DNA of 51,383 nucleotides from Octopus bimaculoides. Taxonomy: Eukaryota. This document shows, one piece after another, positions 24,900 through 38,007 of the stretch. The number at the start of each line of letters is the position of its first letter. The stretch's first letter is position 1. The stretch spans positions 43,648,366-43,699,748 of the forward strand of contig NC_068997.1 of assembly GCF_001194135.2 (NCBI RefSeq), in the 5' to 3' direction. Position numbers and translations under genes: made by a program. The notes under the pieces were generated by a model. It worked only from the letters and a program-made list of their open reading frames with translations. It was not told the DNA's origin and did not search any database.

Positions 24900-25290
24900 A
24901 TCTTGATCACTTCAACTGGCCTGATTGTCAGATGTCAGCTTTGAATCTGCTGGCCGCAGCATTTCATCGATTCTGTTCTTGATTTCGCTCTCCTCCAATG
25001 CAGTCCCATCGTTCCCTTTTATATCATCAACCCATCTGAGGAGAGGCCTTCTGAGTAGTTATTTCTGCTTATGCAGGCACCACTTGACAACAGCACAGGT
25101 CCGCTGATTATTGGTGCACCATGTAACATGTCCAACCCATCTGCATTTGTTCAAATGGTATTTGGGGATAACGTCCATCACTCTGGTTCTTTCCCTGATC
25201 TGCTTGTTTCAGATGTGATCTCTCAACTTACTAGTGCCTTCTAGTATATGTTGTCTCTGTTTACCTGCGCCAGAAGGGTGTTTGACCCAG
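24900..25290 (-). mobile_element. RTE-clade LINE 3' relic
   Basis: The minus frame reads QIRERTRVMDVI..KCRWVGHVTW..NNQRT.AVVKW..RRP..RWVDDIK. Confidence 0.75.
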
Positions 25291-28200
25291 TGAGTTAGGG
25301 AAAGAGAACCAGAGTGACAGAGGAGAGTTTAATAGAAAAGCATCAGATTGATAGAAGCGAGTGGGTGATAAAGGAGAGAGTAAAGGATGGGAGAAAGAGA
25401 CAGATAAACAACTACAAGATGACTGTTGGTAAAAAGACTGGATAGAAACAACATGAGAGCAGCATCATGGAGAAAGAACGAGAGGGTTAGCAGGGGAAGA
25501 CAGAATGATGGAAGAGGAAATACTGGAAGTTATAGAGTTATAGATATCAGCAATGAATGACAGAGGAAGGAGTAAAGTGGAAAAGTAATGGTTAGCAATG
25601 GAAATGAGTGCTGATAAGAGAGAGGGTGTAAATGGCTCATCAATAATGAAAGATTAAAAGAGGGAGTAATGAGAGTGACATGGAGTGATGGTTAGCAATA
25701 AAGATGGGGGTGATATATGATAGGGAGGATTAAATATAGGCAGATCCAATGAAATACCATCCCTCACAACACAGCAGGAGAGATAGGGTAATAGAAAGGG
25801 GTGAGGTATTAGTAGGAGAGAGAGAAAGAGTAGTTAGTATATGGGAACTTATGAACATAATGGTTGGAAGAAGCCCAAATGTCCATATTTATCCCAAACT
25901 TCATTATCACCACTATCTTTTTTACATCTGTTTTTCCATGCTTGCATGGGTTGTGCAAGTCCTGTTTAGTGTAGCACTTTGCTACATGTTGCAGTCCTTT
26001 GTCATTTCCTCCATGGGGTTTGGCTTCTTGAGATCAGTCTTTATTAGTTTATCTAATGACTTCCTCATCTAACCTTCCATACATACATAAATATATATAC
26101 ATTACAGCTGTGAAAATTTTTGTAAGCCATATATATGTCAGGGGTTGCAACTGTACAAATCAAAACCATAAAGCTGAAGGTAAGGTATATATAACATCTA
26201 TCTTTCCAGCTGTCTCTCATGAAAATTGCAGGATTTATATTAAAACCTGATTTGTTATTTGCATTCATTGCATGCCTTGCATTTATGCAGGGAATGCCAT
26301 TGATGTATATTCATAAATGTATACACACACAAGTGCCACACACACACACACATACATATACATATATAAATATATATATTTACACAAACATACAAATGCA
26401 GATACATATACTTATAAAATAATTTGAAGTGGGTGGGGCAATGTCGCTGACAACAAGCACAGCCACAATGATGAGTAAAATAAGCATAGAGCACGAAGCA
26501 GCCCAACAACAACAACAATAATTTAAAAAGTTAGGGGGGTTTCTCGTGTTGTTGTTAAGAGGGAGGAGGATTTTGTGTGAATGAAGGCTGGTTTAGTATG
26601 TAAGTAATAACAGGGTTTCAGACATGATGGCCAACAGCTACAGGTGAACAGCTCAGGTGAACCAAAGAAAAATGTTGTCGACCAACACTGTGACAGTATT
26701 TTGTCTGCTAAGCTTCATTCAGATACAACAATTATTATTATTATTATTATTATTCACTGCTGTGTATTTCTTAACATGATTTTTTTTTTTTTTTTTTTTA
26801 ATGTTAAAGTGATAGCTGACACCTTATTTGTAATATTTCTCTCAGAAAGAAACTTACAAAAGAAAAAAAAAAAGAGAGAGAGGAAGAAAAAAAGACAATC
26901 AGTATTACAGACTTGGTTAACCATAGTTAATGATTGATCTGAATGAACATATCTCACTTGTAAAAGTCTTTTAGAAAAATCATCAATGAAAAATAAAATA
27001 TTCAAAACAGAAAAAAGCTTGAACAATCTTTGCCTAACTTTGTGAATACTTATAAAAAATATAATTTTCAGGTATTTTACATTGATACTTGAATATGAAT
27101 TNNNNNNNNNNNNNNNNNNNNNNNNNNNNNNNNNNNNNNNNNNNNNNNNNNNNNNNNNNNNNNNNNNNNNNNNNNNNNNNNNNNNNNNNNNNNNNNNNNN
27201 NNNNNNNNNNNNNNNNNNNNNNNNNNNNNNNNNNNNNNNNNNNNNNNNNNGGGGTTCTCAACTATTTTTTTTTACCCATGGACCCCTTTGATTATTATTC
27301 TTTTCTGGTGGATTCTGATAGCCATTTCGTGTTTAAAATCCAGTTTTATAGCTACCTCTTTCAAAATTTCTATTTTGTTTTTCCCACATTGATTTATGTA
27401 AGCTGAACTATGTAAAACAATAGAAAGAAACTTAACATTCTTGCAATAACAACATCAAAAGTAACATCTTTTTCGTGAACCCTTAAAATACTACTGAGAA
27501 TTCTCAATTTACTATTTTGCTGGCATGCCCCCCCCCTCCATACACACACACACAAGTCTTGAGAACCTCTGATACAGAATCAGAAGCATTCTCAAGAATT
27601 TGCCAACAAATGGTTTAATAAGACTGCTTCACAGAAGTGTCTGTTGGTTAAAGTTGATCATACATTTACAGTTGTTTGGGCAGGACAGGGCAAGGGTTTT
27701 ATGGAAGACTACCAGAAGCCCTGTTTGCAATTCTCCCTACTCTTTGCCACCAATATTGTCCAAAGGAAAGGCCACCTCTTCAGGACCGATTACAGTTTGA
27801 TACCTGTATCGTCACAGGTGTTAATCTCAGAAAACAAATGGCTAGTACAAGTACCACAAGTCATCTGATCCAAACTAACAGCACCACCAATTCACTGCCC
27901 TGGATTAGTACTTTTATACTCATTCCAAACAGGATGAAAATCAAACTTGAACTTGGTGGAATTTGAACACAAAGAATAGAGAGTTGGAACAAAAAGTGTA
28001 TGGCATTCCATCCAATGCTCTAATGACAGTGTAAGTCAGAAACAAAAGATGAATAATAAAAGATTTCTTGTCTTAGAAGCAAAAGAGTGTAGATTTTGAG
28101 TCAACCTGAGAATTCATCCTGGTAGATATTTTTATAAACTTTTGAAATGACAAATGACAATGTTGGTATTCCAAACCACCATCGCCAATAATAAGATTTT

Positions 28201-29435
28201 GATGTAGAAACAAGGAAAAAGGTCTGTAGATTATCTAGTCTGGTGTTTGATTCTTTGTACCAGTTCACCAGCCAAGGAAAGTGATTCTTGACTATTTTTT
28301 ACCTATGGACCTCTTTGATTCCTATTTAGCCATTTGATGTTTAAAAAAAAATCCTATTATCTTTTTATATTATATTTTATTATACTTGTATAAAAAAAAA
28401 TTAAAATATTTTGTGTATTATAGAAGTATAACTGATTTATTGTACATAATTTTCAACAACTAAATTTTATACAAACACCGGTCAAGAACAATTGGTCTAG
28501 AGGCTTTGTCTTGTGGAAGAGCACCCAGTACATTCTCTTGATGTTAGTAGAGGCATCCATTAGAGTCCAACACAGCTCTCAAGCTAGTCAGATCCAGTTG
28601 AATGATCCAATCCATACCATCATGGAATTTGGACAATAAATGATGATGATGAAATTAACATGACAGTCTGGACATATTACACTCTCTCCTTTGTCCTGTC
28701 AACTTTTGTGGGGTTGTAGATTCTGGTGGTGGCCACAGTGGAGGCAGGAAAAGTGGATTCAAAATGTGACATTTATTTTTCTTCTGCATTTATTCTCAAT
28801 GGTGTATACCCCAGCACACATGAGGTTATTGATGTTGCACCCCATTTTTTTTTTGTCTGGCCTTAGGGGAGAAACAGTATTTTTTAGGATGTTGTCATAA
28901 TAGGCAGTGCTCCAGCATGGCCACAGTCAAATGACTGAAACAAGTAAAAGAGTAATAATGCTCTGGGGTTTATTCTTTTACTTGTTTCAGTCATTAGACT
29001 GCAGCCATGCTGGGGCACCTCCTTGAAGAATTTTAGTGGAATGCACTGACCCCAGTACCTTTATTTTTTTAAGCCCGATATTTATTTATTCTATTGATCT
29101 CTTTTGCTGAACCACTAAGTTAAGGGAATGTAAGCACACCAATATTAATTGTCAAGTGGTTGTTGGGGATAAACACCCACACAAATACGATGGGTTTCTT
29201 TCAGTTTCCATCTACCAAATCCACTCACAAGGCTTTGGTCAGCCCAAGGCTGTAGTAGAAGACACTTGCCCAAGGCACCACGCAGTGGGATTAAACCCAG
29301 AACCATGTGGTTGGGAAGCAAGCTTCTTATCATACAGCCACTCCTGCACTTGGAGATTTTTTTTTATTATTTTGTGTTAGGAACCATTTCCTTACACAAT
29401 TCAATTGTGTTAGGAAATGTGTTAGGGAACTGAAT

Positions 29436-29449
29436 GTTGCTATAGCAAC
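29436..29449. promoter_or_regulatory. Palindromic RFX X-box motif GTTGCTATAGCAAC
   Basis: A perfect 14-bp palindrome fitting GTTRCYATRGYAAC, in non-repeat sequence. Function is unverified. Confidence 0.45.
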
Positions 29450-29624
29450 AAATGATACCTTTCACCTGAGTTGGTGGTGATGATACAGCAACTGATGATG
29501 ACTGTTATTGTTAGAATTGTAGTTGTTGTTGATCATAATGGTAATGGCAATGTTTAGCCCATGGTTAGCTTTGACTGAGCAGGCTTATAATCAAAGGCAT
29601 TCCTGTTGTAACCATTCCATTTTA

Positions 29625-29673
<49 letters not shown>

Positions 29674-29790
29674 CTACTTTATCTAATGTCACCATCCTTT
29701 TATGAGATGGCAGTATGCAATTCAAGGGAATTTGTCAGCAGACTGAGTGATTGCATTAAGGTTCCTCTTTTGACTCATTATTGTTGCTAC

Positions 29791-29825
<35 letters not shown>

Positions 29826-29929
29826 GTACTTGTTGATAATAGTACAGTTGTTATTTCACATTGATGGCTGTAACTGAAGGTATAATAATAATAATAACAG
29901 TGATAATAATAATGATAATAATAATAATC

Positions 29930-30145
29930 CTTTCTACTATAAGTACAAGGCCTGAAATTTTTGGGGAGGGAGCTAGTCGATTACATTGATCCCAGTACAT
30001 AACTGGTACTTAATTTCCCAACTCCGAAAGGATGAAATGCAAAGTCAACCTCGACGGAATTTGAACTCAGAATGTGAAGACGAATGTAATGCCACCAAGC
30101 ATTTCACCCGGCTTACTAATGTTTTGCCAGCTCACCACTTTGCTA
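29930..30145 (-). mobile_element. SINE family B copy between (TAA)n tracts
   Basis: Reverse complement of the family B head, core and tail. Other copies at 2800-2985, 8770-8975 (-), 10650-10875 (-) and 36955-37160 (-). Confidence 0.85.
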
Positions 30146-30294
30146 ATAATAATGAAGTTGGTGACAATGAGGACAATGATGGTAGTGGTGGTAGTGGTGT
30201 GATGATGATGATGATGATGAGGAGGAGGAGGAGATGTTTTACTGACTACAGTTAATTCAGGCATAACTTAATTACCGTTACTTTCCCTTTGCAG

Positions 30295-30352
30295 GTACTT
30301 ATTTTGGAGTTCACTGATTTGGGTTATTACTTACACACAGCAGTAATACAAG
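30295..30352 (+). other. Candidate 58-nt exon starting with GT (recursive-splice-site-like; unverified)
   Basis: ctttccctttgcag|GTACTT...ACAAG|gtaaga. One open frame, VLILEFTDLGYYLHTAVIQ, with no homology I recognise. Confidence 0.25.
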
Positions 30353-30972
30353 GTAAGACAAATGTTCTATTTACCTGTAACTAATTGCAAAATAAACAAA
30401 AACCACATAGTTGTGGAGTGGACCACTTAATTAGACAGCTACCCCTGTGCACATAGTCTTATCTAACATTCTTTGAACAAACTTTGGAATATGAAAAAGT
30501 GATAATGTATGTAGATAGGACAGCTTCTTATTGGCTCAGTAACAGATGGGTCAAGAAAGCGGTTGTCCTAGCAGATGAAGGGTTAATGTTTTATATATCA
30601 ACACAGTTACTGGTGATCACCACTAGTGATTTACCATTAAGCAAAATAAGCACATGCTTAGGGCATCAAGGGAAGGGTGAGGCATCACAGAAATGGTAAA
30701 TGGTTTACAACACAAAAGAAATCACTTTAAACTTGCTAAATATTCAAAGTGGTTTATACGATCAGAAATATAGTTTTGAAGTGTTCATGACATCATTGTG
30801 AAGATCTAATTTAAAGACTTCGCAATTAAAAAAAGTAAGAGAAAACTTACCAAATGAAATGGAAGTATACAAAAATAAACATTTTCCATCTTACTGTCAG
30901 TTTTGCTTCATTTTGAAAAGTAAAAATTTATTTTATTGTTTATTATCATTTACATTTTTAAATACATATATA

Positions 30973-31116
30973 CTCCTTGTTTCTTTCTGTGTTCCTTTCT
31001 GTTGAAGAGCGTAAGCTCGAAACGTTAAAGACTTTCTCTATTCCCGAGCGTTACACTAATACATCCATTTGTTGTTTACACCACCTGTCTTCGTCTGTTG
31101 TTTTTTCGTGAATTCT

Positions 31117-31118
<2 letters not shown>
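30973..31118 (+). mobile_element. Penelope-like terminal-repeat relic carrying a minimal hammerhead motif
   Basis: Sits between TA repeats. CTTT-CTGTTGA-A-GAGC(GTAA)GCTC-GAAA-CGT-T-AAAG at 30995-31030. Confidence 0.65.
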
Positions 31119-31151
<33 letters not shown>

Positions 31152-31297
31152 GGGCAGGGGGCACCAAATTCTTTTAAGTGTTTAGGCCCTCTATGGGTCT
31201 TCATTTGGCTCTGCTGGCGATGGAATATAAAGTACTTGTAGAAGAGCTTAACTCTCATTGGCTCACTCCATCTAGATACAAATAGCAGAAGTTATAA

Positions 31298-31518
31298 CCC
31301 TTTTGATACCAACCCAGCTGAAACCGCCTCTGGCTCTGTAGTACAAATGTCTTGTTTTCTAAGTTTTGAATGAAAATCTTCCACCAAACCTTAGTCACAA
31401 TTTATGTTCCTAACACTAGCTTAATGATAACCAGGTTATTTCACTAAATTCTTTGTTATATTTAAAATTAATTGAAAGAAACACTGAGCATCTCAAAATA
31501 AATACAGTAACGAAAGGG
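31298..31518. mobile_element. piggyBac-type MITE family 1 copy
   Basis: Colinear with 11267-11491. Ends in aaaggg+TTAA. Confidence 0.85.
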
Positions 31519-33104
31519 TTAAGACTACAGAAGAAAGATAAGGAACAAACATGAGACTGTATCCTTATGAAATATATTCAGTTTTTGTCTAAATGTCTAC
31601 TGAGGCTACTTAGCAAACATATAATCATGGTCACTGATGCAAGCAGTGGGAACACTGTATCATCATTAGCTTGCAGTGGTGTGTTTAGCCCCTTCAGCTT
31701 AAAGAAAGCTACAGTATAGTATTGTACTCTCCTTCAAATTACTGCGTACAGAGATAAAGGTATGGTTGTGTGGATAAGAAGTTTGCTTTACAGCCACATG
31801 ATTTCAGGTTTCCCATGCCAGTGCCATGTAAAAGCACCTGTGCTAGTGCCACATGAAAGCACCAATACCGGTGCCATGTAAAAATGCCTGCACTGGTGTC
31901 ACATGAAAGTGCTCATGTTGGTTCTACATAAAAGCGGCCAGTACACTCTATAAAATGGTTGGTATTAGGAAGGGAATCCAGCCATAGAAACCATGCAAAT
32001 GGAAATCGGGCAGCTCTCCAGCTCCAGCTCCAGCCAAACCATCCAACCCTTGGCAGCATGGAGAATGAATGTTAAATGATGATGAACGCTTACAAAGAAT
32101 AAGTCCTGGGGTCGATTTGCTCGACTAAAGGCAGTGCTCCAGCATGGCTGCAGTCAAATGACTGAAACAAGTAAAAGAGTATTATTATTGAGTGGATGAA
32201 TTTCTACCAAAATTCCAGACACTTGTTCTAGATAATGATTTTTTTCAAAATTCTTAATGGTATTGTATATCAGTGAAGGATGTAACATTGAGAAGAAAAC
32301 TGAAAAAAATTGAGAACAAAGCCCTTTGAGTGATATTTGTTCTACACCAAGATACAGACACTCCCTTGTTACTCTTGCCATTAAAAATGTAGTAAGCCAG
32401 TTGTTGGCCCAGTGAAAACCTAATTGCAAAAGTTAAATAAACAAACGTCTTCAACCAATGCTCCACCAACCCAATGAGTTACAGAGATATTTTTTTCAGT
32501 AACGCATGAAGCACAATAATAGACTCATTAATTAATTAAGATTTCGATGCAAAATGATATCAGACATATGCATCAATTTAAAACAAAATAAAACAATAGG
32601 TCTTCTGTTAGAAGCTAAACTGTGTTTCTAGTGCTTTTCTAAGCAACCCCCACCATCTCTGCTAACCCCTGTACTACCAAGTATATTTATTATAAAGCAC
32701 CTATCATTCTCGTTTTTCCCAAATTAAGCACTTCTTTTTATTTTGTTTTACTATTATTTTAACTGTACTGGTTTATCTCAACAAAAATAATTAATCAGTC
32801 TCCTTGAGCAAGTCTGGGTATGCTATTCTGATATCACAATAACGGTTGATTGTCAGAGCAGTTTTTAAGAAAATAATTGAGAATGCCTAATAACTTTAAA
32901 CGATTTGTTGGGACACTACAAAAGTTTGATGACCTTTATATTGTCAACATTATTTCCATTTAATGACACATGATGTGTGTACTCCTCAACCAGTAAAATT
33001 CTTATAAACTATATTTTCTATTGTACAAGGATCCCTTTACTAACGCAATAGTGTTAGCAATGGCATTTTCATATGAAGAACCAATACATACATCAACATC
33101 ATCA

Positions 33105-33590
33105 TTGTTTAACGTCTGCTTTCCATGCTAGCATGGGTTGGACGATTTGACTGAGGACTGGTGAATCCAGATGGCTACACCAGGCTCCAATCTGATCTGG
33201 CAGAGTTTCTACAGCTGGATGCCCTTCCTAACGCCAACCACTCAGAGAGTGTAGTGGGTGCTTTTACGTGCCACCAGCACGAAGGCCAGTCAGGCGGTAC
33301 TGGCAATGGCCACGCTCAAAATGGTGTATTTTATGTGTCACCTGCACAGGAGCCAGTCCAGGGGAACTGGCAACGATCTCTCTCAAAAGTCCTTACACAT
33401 GCCGCAGGCACAAGTGCCAGAAAGGCAATGCTGGGCACAGCATAAGTCTTCGCAAGCTGAGTTTCGTGTCCAATGAAGGAGACAACGTTGGCATGGGTGC
33501 CAGTCGTCGAATTCAACTCGATTTCGATTTCACTTGCCTCAACAGGTCTTCGCAAGTGGAGTTTAGTGTCCAATGAAGGAAGGTACGCAA
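33105..33590 (-). mobile_element. SINE family C, longest copy, with an internal direct repeat at about 100-bp spacing
   Basis: Reverse complement of 1-360. The motif gtcttcgcaag..gtgtccaatgaagga occurs at about 33446 and 33546. Confidence 0.85.
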
Positions 33591-34735
33591 ATTCATGCAG
33601 GGACTGTTATGTGGTTAAGAAGTTTGCCTTCCAACCATATGCTCTTGGGTTTGGTCCCACTGTGTGGGATCTTGGGCAAGTGTCTTCTATTGCCTGAGGC
33701 CAACTAAAGCCTTGTGATTGGATGTGGTAGATGGAAACTGTTGTGTGCATATGTGTGTGTGTGTGTGTTCTTGTCTTGATATCACTGTCATACAAGCAAT
33801 GCTGTTTGTTTCTAGTCTGTCATGCATAACATGGTTAGGCCAAGGAAAATTACTACGTTACCTGGATAAAAAAATCTGCTTCAACAAAATTTTGTCTGAC
33901 CCATGCAAGCATGAGAAAGTAGAAGTTAAACAATGATGATGATGCAGAAATATACAGTAAACATCTCTTCAACTGCATATATACTATATACCTACAAACA
34001 CGAGCAGACAGTCTACAGTGAGAAGCTTTCTGGCCATCAAGGAAGACAGCAGCTTGACATTGTCAGGTGGTACACAACTGGTATTTGTTAAGCTCCAGAT
34101 TAACTCTAAGTATGTATTCCAGCCATGACTACACTACTTTTATAGGAGTATTTACAACTCCAATAGACAATGTTTCTTTTCTTTTTCTAGACGGTAGTGT
34201 ATGATTTGAGAGAGATTTGATTATTATTTCTAACAGCTGAAGAGATTATGTAGAGATTCCTTTGTTGGCCCATCATGAAGTTGGATGTGACTGGCCCCTA
34301 AGTTTGTGGTGGTTGGATATCACTATCTTCCTCCTCATCATTATCTTCGTCAACATTGTCATCATCATATTGTCATTATGATAAATTAGAAACAAAAACC
34401 TGTTGTTATTTATTCATTGTCTCAGGGAAATGCCTCTATTTAGGTACTGAAATATAGAAAGCGATGTAAGAAAGGATCATCAAACAAAGAATTGGTCTAA
34501 ATTCATTCTAGATTATGACGACAAAAATAGCCTGGAAGGCATTCAGGCCGCTATCTGATTATAATTCCAATAATTGCTGGTTATTACTGCCATAACCTGT
34601 GATACAAGGGCAAATCTATCATGCTGCCTATTATCCACCTGAATGTAGGATTACACAGCTTTTCACATACTAATCCTTCCAACAAACACTGATGTTAGTA
34701 TTGCTACTATAATTATTACTATTATCATCATCATA

Positions 34736-34776
<41 letters not shown>

Positions 34777-34789
34777 CATTATTATTATT

Positions 34790-35027
34790 ATTTAGGGCAG
34801 TGGATAGGTAGAATTGTTAGGGTGTCAGAAAAAATACTTTGCAGCACATTTTTTTCTTTCTTTTCTTTTTCTTTTTTGTCCAAATCCCGCCAAGATCAAC
34901 TTTGCTTTCCATCCCTTTGGAGGTCAATGAAATAAAGTACCAGTCAGATTCTCAGGTAGTGGCTACTGGTTAACCCACTCCTTTCAAAATTGTTGGACTT
35001 CTACATAAATCATCATCATCACTATTA

Positions 35028-35062
<35 letters not shown>

Positions 35063-35695
35063 TCGATGGTGAGCTGACAGAATCATTATCACATTAGGCA
35101 AAATGCTTAATAGTATTTCGTCCATCTTTACGTTCTAAGCTCAAATTTGACTGAGGTTTACTTTGCTTTTCATCCTTTCAAGATTGAGAAAATAACTATC
35201 AGTTGAACACTGGGGTCAATGTAATTGACTTATCCTCACCCCTGAAATTGCTGGCCTTGTGCCAAAATTTGAAATCATCATCATCATTATTATTATTATT
35301 ATTCAGTAGTTGTATTTTTTATAATGTGCTTTCACTACAATACCGAGCGCAGCTCTGCGTGCCTTTGGTATGTGCTGTGGTTTGTTGTGATGCTCTTATG
35401 GTTACTGTATTGAAAGTGTTTTGCGTAGGATGTGTGCAGTGCCCATTAGTGCAATTTTCTGTATGTTATATATATTTGTAAGTCCTGGTGTTTTTGTTAT
35501 GTATTTGTCTGANNNNNNNNNNGTCATCTGCTGGTATTGATACATCAATTAGAAAGCATTTTTTTCCTTCATGATCTTTGACAACTATATCTGGTCTGTT
35601 GGCCTTAATTTCTCTATCTGTGTGTATTGGCATATCCCAGAGTATGGTTGCTTTCTCGTTTTCTGTGACCTTTTCTGGCGTGCGTTTATACCATC

Positions 35696-35758
<63 letters not shown>

Positions 35759-35969
35759 AGGTAGTGAGCTGGCAGAATCGTTAACATGCTGGGCAAAATG
35801 CTTAGCGGTATTTCACCTGTCTTTATGTTCTGAGATCAAATTCTGCTGAGGTCAACTTTGCTTTCATCCTTTCAAGGTCGATAAATCAAGTACTAGCTCA
35901 ATACTTGTGTTGATGTATTCGACTATCCCCCTCCCCCAAATTTCAAGCCTTGTGCCTTTAGTGGAAAGA

Positions 35970-36028
<59 letters not shown>

Positions 36029-36240
36029 GGATGATGTAGTGAGCTGGCAGAATAGTTAGCATACCAGGTAAAATGCTTAGCTGTATTTCGCTCGTGTTTA
36101 TGTTTTGAGTTCAAATTCCGCCAAGGTTGACTTTGCCTTTCATTCTTTTGGGGTTGATAAAATAAGTACCAGTTGAGTACTGGGGTCGATGTAATTGACT
36201 ATCCCCATGCAACAAATTTCAGACCTTATGCCTATAATAG
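34790..36240 (+). mobile_element. Chain of four SINE family B copies alternating with (ATT)n tracts
   Basis: Copies at about 34795-35005, 35065-35275, 35758-35970 and 36040-36240. Confidence 0.85.
35304..35700 (-). mobile_element. 5'-truncated R4/Dong-clade non-LTR element (restriction-like endonuclease domain)
   Basis: The minus frame reads WYKRTPEKVTENEKATILWDMPIHTDREIKANRPDIVVKD..CFLIDVSIPADD [gap] IQKIALMGTAHILRK. Flanked by (TTA)n on both sides. Confidence 0.85.
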
Positions 36241-36250
36241 AAAGGATTAC

Positions 36251-36280
<30 letters not shown>

Positions 36281-36281
<1 letters not shown>

Positions 36282-36535
36282 TTGAACAGTGTTATGCAAC
36301 CACTAGGTGCACCTTAAGATGTGTGCAGCCTAGTCTTTTAGAAAGACAGAACTGTACTTGTATGCAACATGAGTTTTGCATTGCCAGGTGGGGGATTATC
36401 TTGTTCCTGGTGTTATTTTAGAGCTCCATCTGTTATGTAGTGTATATGAAATGTAAGTTTTATTTTGTGTAGAGTATGTGTTGTGTTAGTTATAAGTACA
36501 TCAAACGTGTAGACTGTCAGTAGTATCAAGTATCA
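36281..36535 (-). mobile_element. Probable diverged R4-like 3' end between (TTA)n tracts
   Basis: Shares gatgtgtgcag and tcctggtgtt with the 35304 element, and the minus frame contains AAHILR. Confidence 0.35.
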
Positions 36536-36570
<35 letters not shown>

Positions 36571-37783
36571 TATTATTATTATTATTCCACTGGCAAGAAA
36601 GAGAGGATAGCCCTCTTGTCTTGTGGCTACGGTGAAGGAGGTTAAAATAATTGAGACCAGAGCTTTTCTTCTCTGGCCAAAATTCCAACTTCTTCAAGTA
36701 GTACTTGAAGAACAAGGTGAGAGTAAAGAGGGAAGATGCGCATTGGTAAATTTCATAAAAGGGGATGCGAGTGGTGAAATTGGATTTCAATTCAGAATGT
36801 AAAAGTCTGCAATTAAATGCAGCAAGCATTTTGTCAGAAGCTTTAATGGCTCATGATACTGCCAATCTATCATTCTTGGCAAGGTGATCACAGATGAGAA
36901 AAGGGATATAACAGGGATTCTGTCCAACTCTCTACTCATTCTGACATCCACCACCATTTCTGACATAGGCACAGGTCCAGAAATTTGTAAAAGAAGGGAT
37001 TAGTTTATTAAATTGAACCAGTATTTCACTGGTGCTTTATTACCAGCCACAGAAGGATGAAATGCAAAGTTGGTCTCAGCAGGATTTGAACTCAGACGGT
37101 AAAGGGATGTAGCTGAATGCCTGAAAGCATTTTGTTTGACACTACCCATATTGCCATCCACCATCCTCAATGATGATGAAAGAAGGTTTAGAAATCTAAC
37201 ATGAATAGTTATTTCATGATAGAATTTTAACTTCACAAATATAACACTGTAACCTTAATAAGACAAATGTATTAACTCATACTAACTAGATTAGACACGC
37301 ACATATATAAATATACACTGCACATAACCACACTCGTGGCCAAACACACAAACAAACACATGCACAGAAAACAAAAACAAGAAATAAGCACACTAGCTAA
37401 TGAAGGAGTCTCTACTTGGGTCATTCGACCTACTGGAAACAGAGAACTAAGTTTTTCAAACCACATTCTACAGTTTATAAGGGAAGAAGACATATGTATG
37501 CAGGATAATATAATCCTGGAAACATTATACCTTAAACAAATACAGGATGATCGCTGCTTGAATGCCTTTGATTGTAGGTCTACTCAATCCAGGTTGACTT
37601 GGGTCAAAACAACACATACAAACACACAAACTTACTCTAGTATTTAGACAAATTTCAAAAGTCATGGAGTGTAAAACTTCTAGCAGTGAGGTTGCACCTA
37701 TTAGAAATCTGATAGTGAATAGTCATGTCAGTCAGTCATGCATTGCACTGAAATTATAACTTGAGGACAGTGTGGTGAGTTAA

Positions 37784-38007
37784 CCCTTTTCATATCAACT
37801 GCCTCTATTTCTATGATACAAAACTGTTTTATATTCTAGTTCCTTCCACCACTACTTTATGAAAGAATTTTTTGTTATATTCTAAACACCAACTTTATAA
37901 TGAAAATAATACTTGTTTTACTAAACCACATCAAATTTTTGATTAGATTTTGAAATTAATTGAAACACATTGATAAGATATTTCTTTGGAAATGTGGTGA
38001 CAAATGG
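37784..38007. mobile_element. piggyBac-type MITE, diverged
   Basis: TTAA-CCCTTTTCATATCA ... GGTGACAAATGG-TTAA. Confidence 0.6.

Noticed and set aside
25310-25830. 500-bp purine-skewed stretch
   Set aside because: Degenerate GA-rich low-complexity sequence with no periodicity or mirror symmetry that I could define.
27600-27966. Three overlapping open plus frames, and a minus-strand LALSCPNNCKC resembling an LRR N-cap
   Set aside because: No recognisable homology. The minus frame has an upstream stop, no ATG and no credible acceptor.
32154-32469. Exon-like minus-strand ORFs behind a strong acceptor (..ttttgcaattag|GTTTTC)
   Set aside because: 32356-32417 aligns at roughly 70% with 899-962 on the opposite strand, so this is an old dispersed repeat rather than a unique exon.
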